Assembly (NCBI GenBank): GCA_963827065.1 | Contig: CAWGZM010000007.1 | Coordinates: 182,066 to 246,065 of the forward strand | Reading direction: 5' to 3' | Length of the DNA: 64,000 nucleotides | DNA from: an uncultured Thermoleophilaceae bacterium | GTDB lineage: Bacteria; Actinomycetota; Thermoleophilia; Solirubrobacterales; Thermoleophilaceae | Shown: in pieces, positions 32,966-42,073 of the stretch | Position numbering within the stretch: position 1 is the first letter of the stretch | How the letters are laid out: each line of letters opens with the position of its first letter | Translations under genes and position numbers: made by a program | Notes under the pieces: model-generated | What the model was told of the DNA's origin: nothing | Seen by the model: only the letters and a program-made list of their open reading frames with translations | Databases searched by the model: none

Positions 32966-35380
32966 CTACTCCTCGGCGGACGCCGCCACGGCGGCCTCGC
33001 CGAGATTCTCGAGCACCCGGGGCAGATCGGCCTCTGTGATCAGTACCTGGCGCGCCTTGGAGCCCTCGTAGCCTGAGATGACCCCGCGCCGCTCCATCAT
33101 GTCGATCAGCCTCCCCGCCCGCGTGTAGCCGACCCGCAGCCGCCGCTGCAGCATCGAGGTCGACGCGCTCCCCATCTGCACCACGGTCGCGATCGCATCG
33201 CCCAGGAGGTCGTCCTGGTCGGGGTCGAAGTCGCCCTCAGCGGCGCCCTCCTCCTCCGCGGGCTCGACCGCCTCGAGCAGCTCCTCCTGCAGCTCGGGCT
33301 CGCCCTGCCGGCGCCAGTGCTCGGTCAGCTTCTCGATCTCCTCCTCGGCGATGAAGGCGCCCTGTATGCGCGCCGAGCGCGACTCGCCGGACGGCCGGAA
33401 GAGCATGTCCCCCTGACCGAGGAGCGACTCGGCGCCGTTCTGGTCGAGAATCACGCGCGAGTCCGTCTGCGAGGAGACAGCGAACGCGATCCGCGCCGGC
33501 ACGTTCGCCTTGATCATGCCGGTGATCACGTCCGCGCTCGGCCGCTGGGTCGCGAGCACGAGATGGATGCCGACCGCGCGCGACTTCTGCGCCAGGCGGA
33601 TGATCGAGTCCTCGACGTCGGCCGGGGCGACCATCATCAGGTCGGCGAGCTCGTCGATCACGCAGAGGATGTACGGGAGCGGCGCCTCGCCCTGCTTCAC
33701 GCGCACGCGGTTCAGCTCGACGAGGTTGCGCGTCTTGGAGCGGCTCATCACGCCGTAGCGCTCCTCCATCTCCTTGATCAGGTTGCCGAGCACGTTGGCC
33801 GCGAGCCGCGGGCTCGTCACGACCGGCGTCAGCAGGTGCGGGATGCCCTCGTAGTGGTTGAGCTCGACTCGCTTGGGGTCGACGAGCACCATGCGGACCT
33901 CGTTCGGCGAGGAGCGCAGCAGCACGCTGGACAGCATCGCGTTCACGCAGCCGGACTTACCGGATCCGGTGGTGCCGGCGATCAGGATGTGCGGCTGCTT
34001 GGCGAGGTCGGTGCCGATCGCCTTGCCCGCGATGTCCTTGCCGAGCCAGACCGACAGCGGCGACCAGCCGCGCGGTGAATCCTGGAAGACGTCGCCGAGG
34101 TGCACCATCTTGCGAACCCGGTTCGGCACCTCGACGCCGACGGCGGTCTTGCCGGGGATCGGGGCAAGGATGCGCACCTGCTCGGCGGCGAGCGCGTAGG
34201 CGATGTCGTCCTTGAGCTGGGCGACCTTCGACATCTTGATGCCGGGCGCCAGCCGCAGCTCGTAGCGCGTGACGTGCGGCCCGGTCACGGTGCCGATCAC
34301 GCGCGCGTCGACGTTGAAGTGACCGAGCGCCTCGGTGAGCATCCCGCCCGTCCGCTCGATGCCCTTGGTGTCGACCTTCTGCGCGCCGTTCGAGCGCTTC
34401 AGGAAGCCGAGCTTCGGCATCCGGTAGTCGAGGTCCTCGGACTCCGTGACCGGGGAGCGGCGGTTGCCCATCGGGGTGAGCTCGGCCTCGGGCTCCGGCT
34501 CCTCGGACGCGATCTCCTCGGGCTCGGCCGCGACCGGCGCCTCGAGCACGGCTTCGGGCTCCGGCGCCACGATCGTGTCCTCGTCGGGCTCCTCGTCCTC
34601 GTACAGGTCCGGGTAGCGGTCTGCCGCGTCGAGCGCCGGCGCCTCCACGTGCGTGGCGCGCACCACCGGCTCGCGATCCTCTGGCTCCGGTGGCTCGAGC
34701 GGCTCGGACTCGCTGTCGCGCGCGCGCCTCACCGTGATCGCGGGCAGCGGGTCCGTGGGCAGGTTGAGGGTGTTGGCCGTACGCCGCATCCGCTCGCCGG
34801 TCCCGGCGGCGAATACGCGCGTGCCGCCCACGAGGCCGGCGATCGACGCGCCCGTGAGGAGCAGGATCCCGGCGATCAGGAGGAACACGAACAGGATGTG
34901 CGAGCCGGCGACCGAGAAGAGCTTGCTCGAGGCCCAGTAGAGCGACTCGCCGGACAGGCCGCCGTGGCGCTCGAGGTAGGCGCTGTCGAGGAAGCCGTCG
35001 CGCGGCGTGTCGCCCGGCCCGAGCCCGAGCGAGCCTGCGGCGAAGCCGAGCGTCAGCGCCGCGCCCAGGCAGAGTGCCCCCGTCTTGAACGGATGCGTGC
35101 TCGGCAGCGCGGGGCGCATGATGAGGAGGATCCCGGCCGCGAGCAGCGTGATGGGCGCGGCGTACGCCACGGCGCCGAAGACGAAGCGGAGCGCGTCCGC
35201 GAGCGCCTCCCCCACCTGGCCGCCTGCCCAGTCGAGGTAGAAGATGCACGCGAAGAAGGCCGCGAAGGCGACGAGCCCGAGGCCCAGCAGGTCCCAGTGA
35301 CGCTGTTCGAGCTGCGGCAGGGCGAACGGCGGCCACCAGGCCCCGCGGGCACGGCGTCGCTTGCTGCGGCGGCTCGCCAT
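32966..35380 (-). CDS. ftsK: DNA translocase FtsK/SpoIIIE
   Basis: N-terminal polytopic membrane domain, an acidic linker, Walker A GTTGSGKSGC, VIDELADLMM and a C-terminal gamma wHTH (MLQRRLRVGYTRAGRLIDMME). Confidence 0.9.
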   Translation of the reverse strand: MASRRSKRRRARGAWWPPFALPQLEQRHWDLLGLGLVAFAAFFACIFYLDWAGGQVGEALADALRFVFGAVAYAAPITLLAAGILLIMRPALPSTHPFKTGALCLGAALTLGFAAGSLGLGPGDTPRDGFLDSAYLERHGGLSGESLYWASSKLFSVAGSHILFVFLLIAGILLLTGASIAGLVGGTRVFAAGTGERMRRTANTLNLPTDPLPAITVRRARDSESEPLEPPEPEDREPVVRATHVEAPALDAADRYPDLYEDEEPDEDTIVAPEPEAVLEAPVAAEPEEIASEEPEPEAELTPMGNRRSPVTESEDLDYRMPKLGFLKRSNGAQKVDTKGIERTGGMLTEALGHFNVDARVIGTVTGPHVTRYELRLAPGIKMSKVAQLKDDIAYALAAEQVRILAPIPGKTAVGVEVPNRVRKMVHLGDVFQDSPRGWSPLSVWLGKDIAGKAIGTDLAKQPHILIAGTTGSGKSGCVNAMLSSVLLRSSPNEVRMVLVDPKRVELNHYEGIPHLLTPVVTSPRLAANVLGNLIKEMEERYGVMSRSKTRNLVELNRVRVKQGEAPLPYILCVIDELADLMMVAPADVEDSIIRLAQKSRAVGIHLVLATQRPSADVITGMIKANVPARIAFAVSSQTDSRVILDQNGAESLLGQGDMLFRPSGESRSARIQGAFIAEEEIEKLTEHWRRQGEPELQEELLEAVEPAEEEGAAEGDFDPDQDDLLGDAIATVVQMGSASTSMLQRRLRVGYTRAGRLIDMMERRGVISGYEGSKARQVLITEADLPRVLENLGEAAVAASAEE

Positions 35381-35421
35381 CCACGATGGATTCGACGGAG
35401 GCGGCCCTCACCCTCCCTACC

Positions 35422-36114
35422 ATGAGGCTGATGAGCGGACGCCCGAGGGTCCTGGTGGTCGAGGACGACGTGGATATCGCGGGCGTCCTGCGTCGCTCGC
35501 TGGACAAGGAGGGCTACGAGGTCCGCATCGCGGCCGATGGCGAGGCCGCGCTCGACGAGGCCGGCCTGTTCGAGCCCGACGCGGTCGTCCTCGACCTCGG
35601 CCTGCCCAAGCTGGACGGGGTCGAGGTGTGCCGGCGGCTGCGCCAGGACGGCGACGTCCCGATCCTGATCCTGACGGCCCGCGACGCCGTCGACGCTCGC
35701 GTCGAGGGCCTCGACTCCGGCGCCGACGACTATCTCGTCAAGCCGTTCGAGCGCGACGAGCTGCTGGCGCGGATGCGCGCCCTGCTCCGGCGCCGGCCGC
35801 CGCGCGGCAGCGCCTACGTCGTGGTCGGGGACCTGCGCCTCAACCCGGACACGCGCGAGGTCTTCCGCGGCGAGCGCCAGCTCGACCTGACCGCGCGCGA
35901 GTTCGAGCTGCTCGAGTACCTGATGCGCAACGCACGCATCGTCGTGTCGCGCCAGACGCTGCTCGACGAGGTCTGGGGCTACCACCCCTTCGCCGAGACC
36001 AACACGGTCGACGTCTTCATCTCGAACCTGCGCCGCAAGCTCGAGGACGGCGGCGAGCCGCGCGTGCTCCACACGATGCGCGGCGCCGGCTACGTGCTGA
36101 GGGAAGAGCAGTGA
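35422..36114 (+). CDS. OmpR-family response regulator
   Basis: Receiver domain VLVVEDD...VVLDLGLPKLDG...ILILTA, then winged helix LTAREFELLEYLMRN...VDVFISNLRRKL...TMRGAGY. Confidence 0.85.
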   Translation: MRLMSGRPRVLVVEDDVDIAGVLRRSLDKEGYEVRIAADGEAALDEAGLFEPDAVVLDLGLPKLDGVEVCRRLRQDGDVPILILTARDAVDARVEGLDSGADDYLVKPFERDELLARMRALLRRRPPRGSAYVVVGDLRLNPDTREVFRGERQLDLTAREFELLEYLMRNARIVVSRQTLLDEVWGYHPFAETNTVDVFISNLRRKLEDGGEPRVLHTMRGAGYVLREEQ

Positions 36115-37592
36115 GGACGCGACTGCCGATCAAGGTGAAGGTCGCCGTCGTGACCGCGGCCCTCACCTTCGTGATCCTGAGCCTGTTCGCGACAGTGATC
36201 GGCGCGCTCGCGGAAAGCCGGATCACCGATGGCTTCGAGGACGAGCTCCGCGCCACCGCCGCGGATCTGCAGGATCGGCTCAGCGTCTCGCGCAACGACG
36301 ACGGCCTCTTCAGCATCGACCAGTCGGACCGAGATCTGCTCCGCGGCTTCGCCTCTGGCGGCGCCGTTGCGCGTGTGATCGACCTGAACAACAGGCTCGT
36401 CTACGCAACCAGCTCCCGTGAGCTGGGTCCACCGATCGAGGGCGTGACCGACGCCGGCGACTTCCGCGTCATCTCCCGCCAGATCGTGGTCCCGGATGTC
36501 GCACGCGAGGGCACCTTCGACCCGCTGCCGCTGCCGGTCGCGCGCGAGATCGGCTGGGTTCAGTACGCGGAAACCGAGGCGAGCGTGCAGACGACCATCA
36601 ACCGCGTGCGCCTGTTCCTCGCCTTCGGCGTCCTCGGAGGCACCGCGCTTGCCTTCCTCGGCGGCCTGGTCGTCGCGCGGCGCGCGATGCGGCCCGTCTC
36701 CGGACTCACCCGGGCCGCCCGCCAGGTGGCGCGCACGCGGGACCCCGATGTCCGTCTCCCGAAGCCGCTCGCCAACGACGAGGTCTCCGAGCTGGCCTAC
36801 ACGCTCGAGGACATGCTGCGCGAGCTGAGCGCCGCCCGCGGCGAGACCGAGGCGACGCTCGACCGCCAGCGCGCCTTCGTCGCCGACGCGTCGCACGAGC
36901 TGCGCACGCCGCTCACGAGCATCCTCGCGAACCTGGAGCTGCTCGAGTCCGACCTCGACGGCGAACAGCAGGAGATGGCCGCCTCCGCGCTGCGCTCCTC
37001 GCGCCGCATGCGCCGTCTGGTGGCCGACCTGCTGCTGCTCGCCCGCGCGGACGCCGGCCGCGAGGCGCCCAAGGCGCCCGTCGACCTCGCCGCCGTGGCA
37101 CGTGAGGCGGCGCGCGAGGCGGGTGCGCTCTCCGAGCACCACATCGTGTCGGTCGACGCGCCCGAGCCGGTCGTGATCGAGGGCGTGGCCGACGATCTCC
37201 ACCGCCTCGCCGCCAACCTCGTCGAGAACGCCCTGATCCATACCCCGGGCGGCACACCCGTGACCGTCTCCGTGCGCCGGGAGGGCGATTCAGCGGTGCT
37301 CGAGGTGTCCGATAGAGGCCCCGGCGTGTCACCTGCGATGCGCGAGCGGGTCTTCGAGCGCTTCGCCCGCGGCGGCGGCGACGCGGCCCCGAGCGGCGGC
37401 AGCGGGCTCGGCCTCGCGATCGTCCGCGCGGTCGCCGAGGCGCACGACGGCAGCGTCGAGCTCGATGACGCCGAGAGCGGTGGCGCCCGCTTCACCGTCA
37501 GGCTGCCGGCCACGGCCCGCTCCGATGGCCGCGCTAGCGTGTTGACGCCTGGAGAACCCGATCCCGGATTCCTGAAGGAGCCTCAGTCGTGA
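36111..37592 (+). CDS. Sensor histidine kinase (2 TM, HAMP, HisKA, HATPase_c)
   Basis: H-box FVADASHELRTPLTSI, N-box LVENALIHTP, and G-boxes DRGPGV and GGSGLGLAIV. The GTG at 36111 lies in a GTGA overlap with the regulator stop. Confidence 0.85.
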   Translation: MRTRLPIKVKVAVVTAALTFVILSLFATVIGALAESRITDGFEDELRATAADLQDRLSVSRNDDGLFSIDQSDRDLLRGFASGGAVARVIDLNNRLVYATSSRELGPPIEGVTDAGDFRVISRQIVVPDVAREGTFDPLPLPVAREIGWVQYAETEASVQTTINRVRLFLAFGVLGGTALAFLGGLVVARRAMRPVSGLTRAARQVARTRDPDVRLPKPLANDEVSELAYTLEDMLRELSAARGETEATLDRQRAFVADASHELRTPLTSILANLELLESDLDGEQQEMAASALRSSRRMRRLVADLLLLARADAGREAPKAPVDLAAVAREAAREAGALSEHHIVSVDAPEPVVIEGVADDLHRLAANLVENALIHTPGGTPVTVSVRREGDSAVLEVSDRGPGVSPAMRERVFERFARGGGDAAPSGGSGLGLAIVRAVAEAHDGSVELDDAESGGARFTVRLPATARSDGRASVLTPGEPDPGFLKEPQS

Positions 37593-38329
37593 AGTCGTTC
37601 CGGCGCCCGTCGCCCGCTCTTGTCATCTCGCTGATTGCCCTGTTCGTATCCCTCTCCGGCGTCTCATACGGCGTCGCCACCGGCTTCATCGACAGCCGTG
37701 AGCTGAAGAACAACCAGGTCCGCAGCGTCGACCTGCGCAACAACGACGTCCGCACGCGCGACCTCCGCAACAACGAGGTGCGCGGGATCGATGTCCGCAA
37801 CAGCACAGTCCAGGGCCGCGACGTCGCGCTGAACACGCTCACCGGCGACGACGTCAACGAGTCGCGCCTCGGCAAGGTGCCGAGCGCGACGGCGGCGGAC
37901 AGCGCCACCAGCGCCACGACGGCTCAGGCGCTGCCGGGCGTGCGAGTGGTGCCGATCAAGCACCGCAGCGGCGACGTCACGAACCAGACCGTGCTCGACG
38001 CGGGTGGGCTGCAGCTTGTTGTGAGCTGTGCCGCCGGTGACGAGGATGTGGTGGCGCGGACAACCGTCGCCGGCGGCGAGATCGCGGTGATCTCGAACGA
38101 TGCCGACCAAGTTGACCAGACGGCCGACGGGCTGTTCCGCAACTTCAGCGACAGCTTCAACCCGGGCGCGGACTTCGACATCCGCGAGACCCCCACGGCG
38201 GCGGACGACCGCATCTACGAGCTTCACTACCTGGGCGGAGACGGTACGAGCGTCACCGCCCATCTCATCACGGACGACAACGCCGGCGCGAGCAACTGCG
38301 TCGTCAGCGGCTACGCGGTCGTCACCTAG
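37589..38329 (+). CDS. Membrane-anchored protein with about 12 pentapeptide repeats and an unassigned C-terminal domain
   Basis: The GTG at 37589 lies in a GTGA overlap with the kinase stop. TM helix PSPALVISLIALFVSLSGVSYGV. Then SRELK NNQVR SVDLR NNDVR TRDLR NNEVR GIDVR NSTVQ GRDVA LNTLT GDDVN ESRLG. Confidence 0.55.
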   Translation: MKSFRRPSPALVISLIALFVSLSGVSYGVATGFIDSRELKNNQVRSVDLRNNDVRTRDLRNNEVRGIDVRNSTVQGRDVALNTLTGDDVNESRLGKVPSATAADSATSATTAQALPGVRVVPIKHRSGDVTNQTVLDAGGLQLVVSCAAGDEDVVARTTVAGGEIAVISNDADQVDQTADGLFRNFSDSFNPGADFDIRETPTAADDRIYELHYLGGDGTSVTAHLITDDNAGASNCVVSGYAVVT

Positions 38330-39994
38330 CTAGACCTCAACCACAACCGGCAGGACCATCGGCCGCCTGCGGAGGCGCTCGTAGACGAACTCCGCGATGT
38401 CGTCGTGGAGGTGGTCCTGGAGCAGGTCGATCTCCCGGACCTCCTCCTCGGCGCTGCGCACGAGCGACTGGTCGACCGCCTCGCGGAGCTCGCCGACGAA
38501 GCCGTCGTCGTCCTCGATGAACGGGACGCCCCGGAAGATCACCTCGGGCGGCACCACCGAGCGGCCGTCCTGCTCTGAGATCGTCGCCACCACGATGAAG
38601 ATGCCGTCCGCCGACAGCATGCGCCGGTCGCGCAGCGCGACGTCCTCGATGTCCCCCACGTCGACACCGTCGACGAAGATCATGCCGGCCTGGACCCGCT
38701 CTCCGAAGCGCGCCCCCGAGCGGCTGATCTCGAGCGGCAGGCCGTTCTCGCCGCGGAAGATCGACTTGGGCGGCACCCCGACCGCCTCGGCCAGCTCGCC
38801 GTGCAGCCGCAGGCGCTTGTGGTCGCCGTGCACGGGCATCACATACTCGGGCTTCGTCAGGTTGAGCATCAGCTTCAGCTCCTCGGCATAGCCGTGGCCG
38901 GAAGCGTGTACCGGCACGTCCGCAGCCGTGAAGACCGTCGCGCCCAGGCGGTAGATGCGGTCGATCGTCTCGTTGACGGCACGCTCGTTGCCGGGGATCG
39001 GCGTGGCCGAGAAGACCACGGTGTCGCCCTCGTGCAAATCGACCTGCGGGTGGTCGCCGTGGGCCATGCGCCGCAGCGCGGACAGCGGCTCGCCCTGGCT
39101 TCCCGTGGAGATCACCACGAGCTTGTGGTCCGGGAAGTCCTCGATCTCCCTCGGGCCCACCAATATGCCCTCCGGGACATCGATATGGCCGAGCATGCGG
39201 CCGATGTTCACGTTCTTGCGCATCGACCGGCCTACGAGCGAGACCTTTCGGCCGAGCTGGCCCGCCGCGTCCACCACCTGCTGCACGCGGTGGATGTTGG
39301 AGGCGAAGCAGGTGACGACGATGCGACCCTGGCAGCGGGCGAAGACCTCCACGAGCCGCGGCCCGACCGCGGACTCGGAGAGCGACACGCCGGGCCGGTC
39401 CGCGTTCGTCGAGTCGCCGCAGAGGAGCAGCAGGCCCTCGCGCCCGAGCTCGGCGAGCCGTGACACGTCGGCGGGCACCCCGTCGACCGGCGTCTGGTCG
39501 AACTTGTAGTCACCGGTCACGAGCATTGTGCCGAGCTCGCAGGTGAGAGCCACCGCGAACGCGTCCGGGATCGAGTGCGCCATCTTGACCATCTCGATCG
39601 AGAACGGCCCCGCCTCGAACGACTGGGTCGCGAGCACGTCCTCGACGTCGACGTCCCTCAGGCGATGCTCGTCGAGCTTGGAGCGCACCATGGCGGCTGT
39701 GAGCGGGCCGCCGTAGACGGTCGGAGTCCGATCGAGCTCGCGCAGCACGAACGGCAGCGCCCCCACGTGGTCCTCATGGCCGTGGGTGAGCACGATCGCC
39801 TCGATGTCCTCCGCCCGCTCGCGCAGATAGGTGAAGTCCGGCAGCACCAGGTCGATGCCGAGCTGGTCGGGGGCCGGGAACATCAGGCCGGTGTCGACGA
39901 CCACGATGCGGCCGTCGTACTCGACGACCATCATGTTCTTCCCGATCTCCCCGAGCCCGCCGAGGGGCAGGACCCGGAGCGCCGCTGGGCTCAA
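38330..39994 (-). CDS. rnj: Ribonuclease J
   Basis: LGGLGEIGKNMMVVEY, the metallo-beta-lactamase motif THGHEDHVGALP, the beta-CASP region and ASGHG. The TTG start lies in a TTGA overlap with the dapA stop. Confidence 0.9.
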   Translation of the reverse strand: MSPAALRVLPLGGLGEIGKNMMVVEYDGRIVVVDTGLMFPAPDQLGIDLVLPDFTYLRERAEDIEAIVLTHGHEDHVGALPFVLRELDRTPTVYGGPLTAAMVRSKLDEHRLRDVDVEDVLATQSFEAGPFSIEMVKMAHSIPDAFAVALTCELGTMLVTGDYKFDQTPVDGVPADVSRLAELGREGLLLLCGDSTNADRPGVSLSESAVGPRLVEVFARCQGRIVVTCFASNIHRVQQVVDAAGQLGRKVSLVGRSMRKNVNIGRMLGHIDVPEGILVGPREIEDFPDHKLVVISTGSQGEPLSALRRMAHGDHPQVDLHEGDTVVFSATPIPGNERAVNETIDRIYRLGATVFTAADVPVHASGHGYAEELKLMLNLTKPEYVMPVHGDHKRLRLHGELAEAVGVPPKSIFRGENGLPLEISRSGARFGERVQAGMIFVDGVDVGDIEDVALRDRRMLSADGIFIVVATISEQDGRSVVPPEVIFRGVPFIEDDDGFVGELREAVDQSLVRSAEEEVREIDLLQDHLHDDIAEFVYERLRRRPMVLPVVVEV

Positions 39995-40842
39995 ACTGCC
40001 GCCAGCAGGTTGTGGCGCTCGAGGGCGCCGCGGATGGCCGCCGTCTCCTGCTCGTCCGCCTCGACGAGCGGCAACCGCAGCCCGCCGACCGCGTGCCCGG
40101 CGAGACCCAGCGCCGCCTTGATCGGAATCGGGTTGGTGGTGATCGTCAGCGCCTTGTAGAGGTCGGTGAGCGACTCGTGGATCTCGGCGCGCGCGTCGGG
40201 CTCGTCGATCATGCGACGCATCTCACGCCCCACCAGGTGCGAGGCGACCAGGATGCCGCCGGTCCCCCCCAGGTCGAGCACGCGCGCGAGGACGTCGTCG
40301 TTGCCGGCGAGCAGGTCGAGGCCGTCGATGGGCGCGAGGTCCTCGTAGCGGGCCTGCTTCACCGCCTGGACGTTGTCGATCTCGGCGAGCTCGGCGAGTA
40401 CGTCATTCGGCATGTCGAGTGCCGTACGGCCCGGGATGTTGTAGAGGATGACCGGCCGGTCCGTGGCCGCGGCCACCGCCTCGTAGTGAGCGCGCAGGCC
40501 GCGCCGGTTCGGCTTCACGTAGTAGGGCGTGACGACGAGCATCGCGTCCACGCCGGCTTCGTCCGCCCGCTCGGTGAGCTCGACGGTGTGGCGCGTGTCG
40601 TAGGTGCCGGTTCCGGCGACGATCAGCGCGTCCTCCGGTGTCTCGCTCACAGCGAGCTCCCAGAGCCGCACCTTCTCCTCGTCGGTCAGCGTGGCGGCCT
40701 CACCGGTGCTGCCGGCCACGACGAGCCCGTCGGACCCGTTCTCGAGCAGGAAGCGCATGAGCCGGACGGTCGCGTCCTCGTCGAGGTCGCCGTTCGCGTC
40801 GAACGGCGTGACCATCGCCGTGAGGATGCCGCCGATGACCAT
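39991..40842 (-). CDS. dapA: 4-hydroxy-tetrahydrodipicolinate synthase
   Basis: GILTAMVTPF..., VVAGSTGEAATLT, TPYYVKP, ILYNIPGRT and the active-site Lys context AVKQA. Confidence 0.9.
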   Translation of the reverse strand: MVIGGILTAMVTPFDANGDLDEDATVRLMRFLLENGSDGLVVAGSTGEAATLTDEEKVRLWELAVSETPEDALIVAGTGTYDTRHTVELTERADEAGVDAMLVVTPYYVKPNRRGLRAHYEAVAAATDRPVILYNIPGRTALDMPNDVLAELAEIDNVQAVKQARYEDLAPIDGLDLLAGNDDVLARVLDLGGTGGILVASHLVGREMRRMIDEPDARAEIHESLTDLYKALTITTNPIPIKAALGLAGHAVGGLRLPLVEADEQETAAIRGALERHNLLAAV

Positions 40843-40857
40843 GCTGCCCCGCCCCGA

Positions 40858-41139
40858 CTACTGGAGCGGCTTGAAGGGGTCGGGGTTCTGGTTCGTGTCC
40901 CCCGTAGGGGTGGGCCGAGGCGGCTCCGTGGCCTCGGGCTCGGCTGGCTCGGCCGCGGGCGGCGGGGTGGCGGCGGCCGGCGTCTCATCGCGGATCGGGC
41001 GACCGTGCTCGTCGTAGCGGACGCCGCCGGGATCCGGCGTGTGCTGGGGAGAAGCGCCCTGGTTGAAGCTGTCCTGCGCCTCGTCGAGCTTCTGCTGCGC
41101 CTGCTCGGCGAGCTTCTTAGCCTTGTCCATGAAACCCAT
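40858..41139 (-). CDS. Small hypothetical protein (N-terminal amphipathic helix, Pro-rich tail)
   Basis: MGFMDKAKKLAEQAQQKLDEAQ..., then PxP-rich low complexity. No family could be assigned. It is kept because it is the only non-overlapping ORF in a 0.39-kb gap. Confidence 0.4.
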   Translation of the reverse strand: MGFMDKAKKLAEQAQQKLDEAQDSFNQGASPQHTPDPGGVRYDEHGRPIRDETPAAATPPPAAEPAEPEATEPPRPTPTGDTNQNPDPFKPLQ

Positions 41140-41230
41140 TCGTACCTCCGCGATTCGCGTCGAAGCACCTTAGCGCTCCCGCAGGCCTTCCGAAACCTCC
41201 GCTGCAAATGGCAGAATTCCCCCTGCTCAG

Positions 41231-41656
41231 ATGCCCGACGAACGCGATTACACCCACCGGACCACGGTCCAGAAGCTCGGCGTACAGCCCGATCAGCGGG
41301 TCGAGGTGACCGGTGACGTCGGCGTCGGCCTGCGTCGCGACGTCAAGGACGCCATCGGACGCGGGCTGGTTCGGTCGGGCGAGCTGGACGGTGCGATCGT
41401 GCTCGTCGAGAGCGAGGAGGACGCCAAGGAGGCGCTTGTCCACTACCGGGCCAGGTTGCGTGACACCGGATACATCTGGTTCATCACCCGTAAACGGGGA
41501 CACGACAGCTACCTCAACCAGATGACACTCGTGCCCCACGCCAAGCGCTTGGGGTTGATCGACAACAAGACCTGCTCGATCGACGAGGAGCGCTCGGGCA
41601 TCCGCTTCGTCGTCCCCCGCGCGCTGCGGCGCAGCGGCGGCCAGACGGCGGCCTGA
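41231..41656 (+). CDS. DUF3052 domain-containing protein
   Basis: VQKLGVQPDQRVEV.G...DGAIVLVESEEDAKEAL......L.DTGYIWFITRKRG...YLNQ......AK.LGLIDNKTCSIDEERSGIRF matches the DUF3052 pattern as remembered. Confidence 0.6.
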   Translation: MPDERDYTHRTTVQKLGVQPDQRVEVTGDVGVGLRRDVKDAIGRGLVRSGELDGAIVLVESEEDAKEALVHYRARLRDTGYIWFITRKRGHDSYLNQMTLVPHAKRLGLIDNKTCSIDEERSGIRFVVPRALRRSGGQTAA

Positions 41657-41662
41657 GCGCTG

Positions 41663-42073
41663 TCAGGCGGGGCGGACGAGCCGCCAGCTCGTCGCCACGG
41701 CCAGGATCGTCATCAGCACGGCGCTCGCCACGCACCACTGGCAGATCGCGTCGATCTCGAACAGCTCGAGCCAAGTGAGGTAGGCGCTGAAGCCGAAGCC
41801 GACGAGCGCGAGCAGCGCGCCGGCAATCCTGCCGTTGTCGCCGGGCAGCCACAGCGAGGCGAGAATCAGGGCGTAGCCGCCGAGCCCGAGCACCGCAACA
41901 GGGACGCCGGCGAGCTCGGCGTAGCTGGAGTTCTGGACCTCCTCGCAGCCGCCGCCCCCGCCGGCGCAGATCGGCTCGAGCTCGGCGTAGTGGACGTAGG
42001 TCAGGTAGGCCGCCACCGCGAGGCCGATCAGCGCGGTCAGGCCGATCAGCCGCCGCAGGCGGCGTTCGCTCAC
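41663..42073 (-). CDS. Vitamin K epoxide reductase (VKOR) family protein, DsbB-analogue
   Basis: Four TM helices, the loop Cys pair (CAGGGGGC) and the active-site CQWC in the last helix. The GTG at 42073 lies in a GTGA overlap with the DsbA-like gene. Confidence 0.75.
   Translation of the reverse strand: MSERRLRRLIGLTALIGLAVAAYLTYVHYAELEPICAGGGGGCEEVQNSSYAELAGVPVAVLGLGGYALILASLWLPGDNGRIAGALLALVGFGFSAYLTWLELFEIDAICQWCVASAVLMTILAVATSWRLVRPA

Noticed and set aside
35361-37592. A single 743-aa ORF spanning the response-regulator and kinase region.
   Set aside because: The first 250 codons are an Arg/Gly/Pro-rich alternative frame over the genuine OmpR-type regulator (35422-36114). Kinase homology begins only at GTG 36111, which overlaps the regulator stop.
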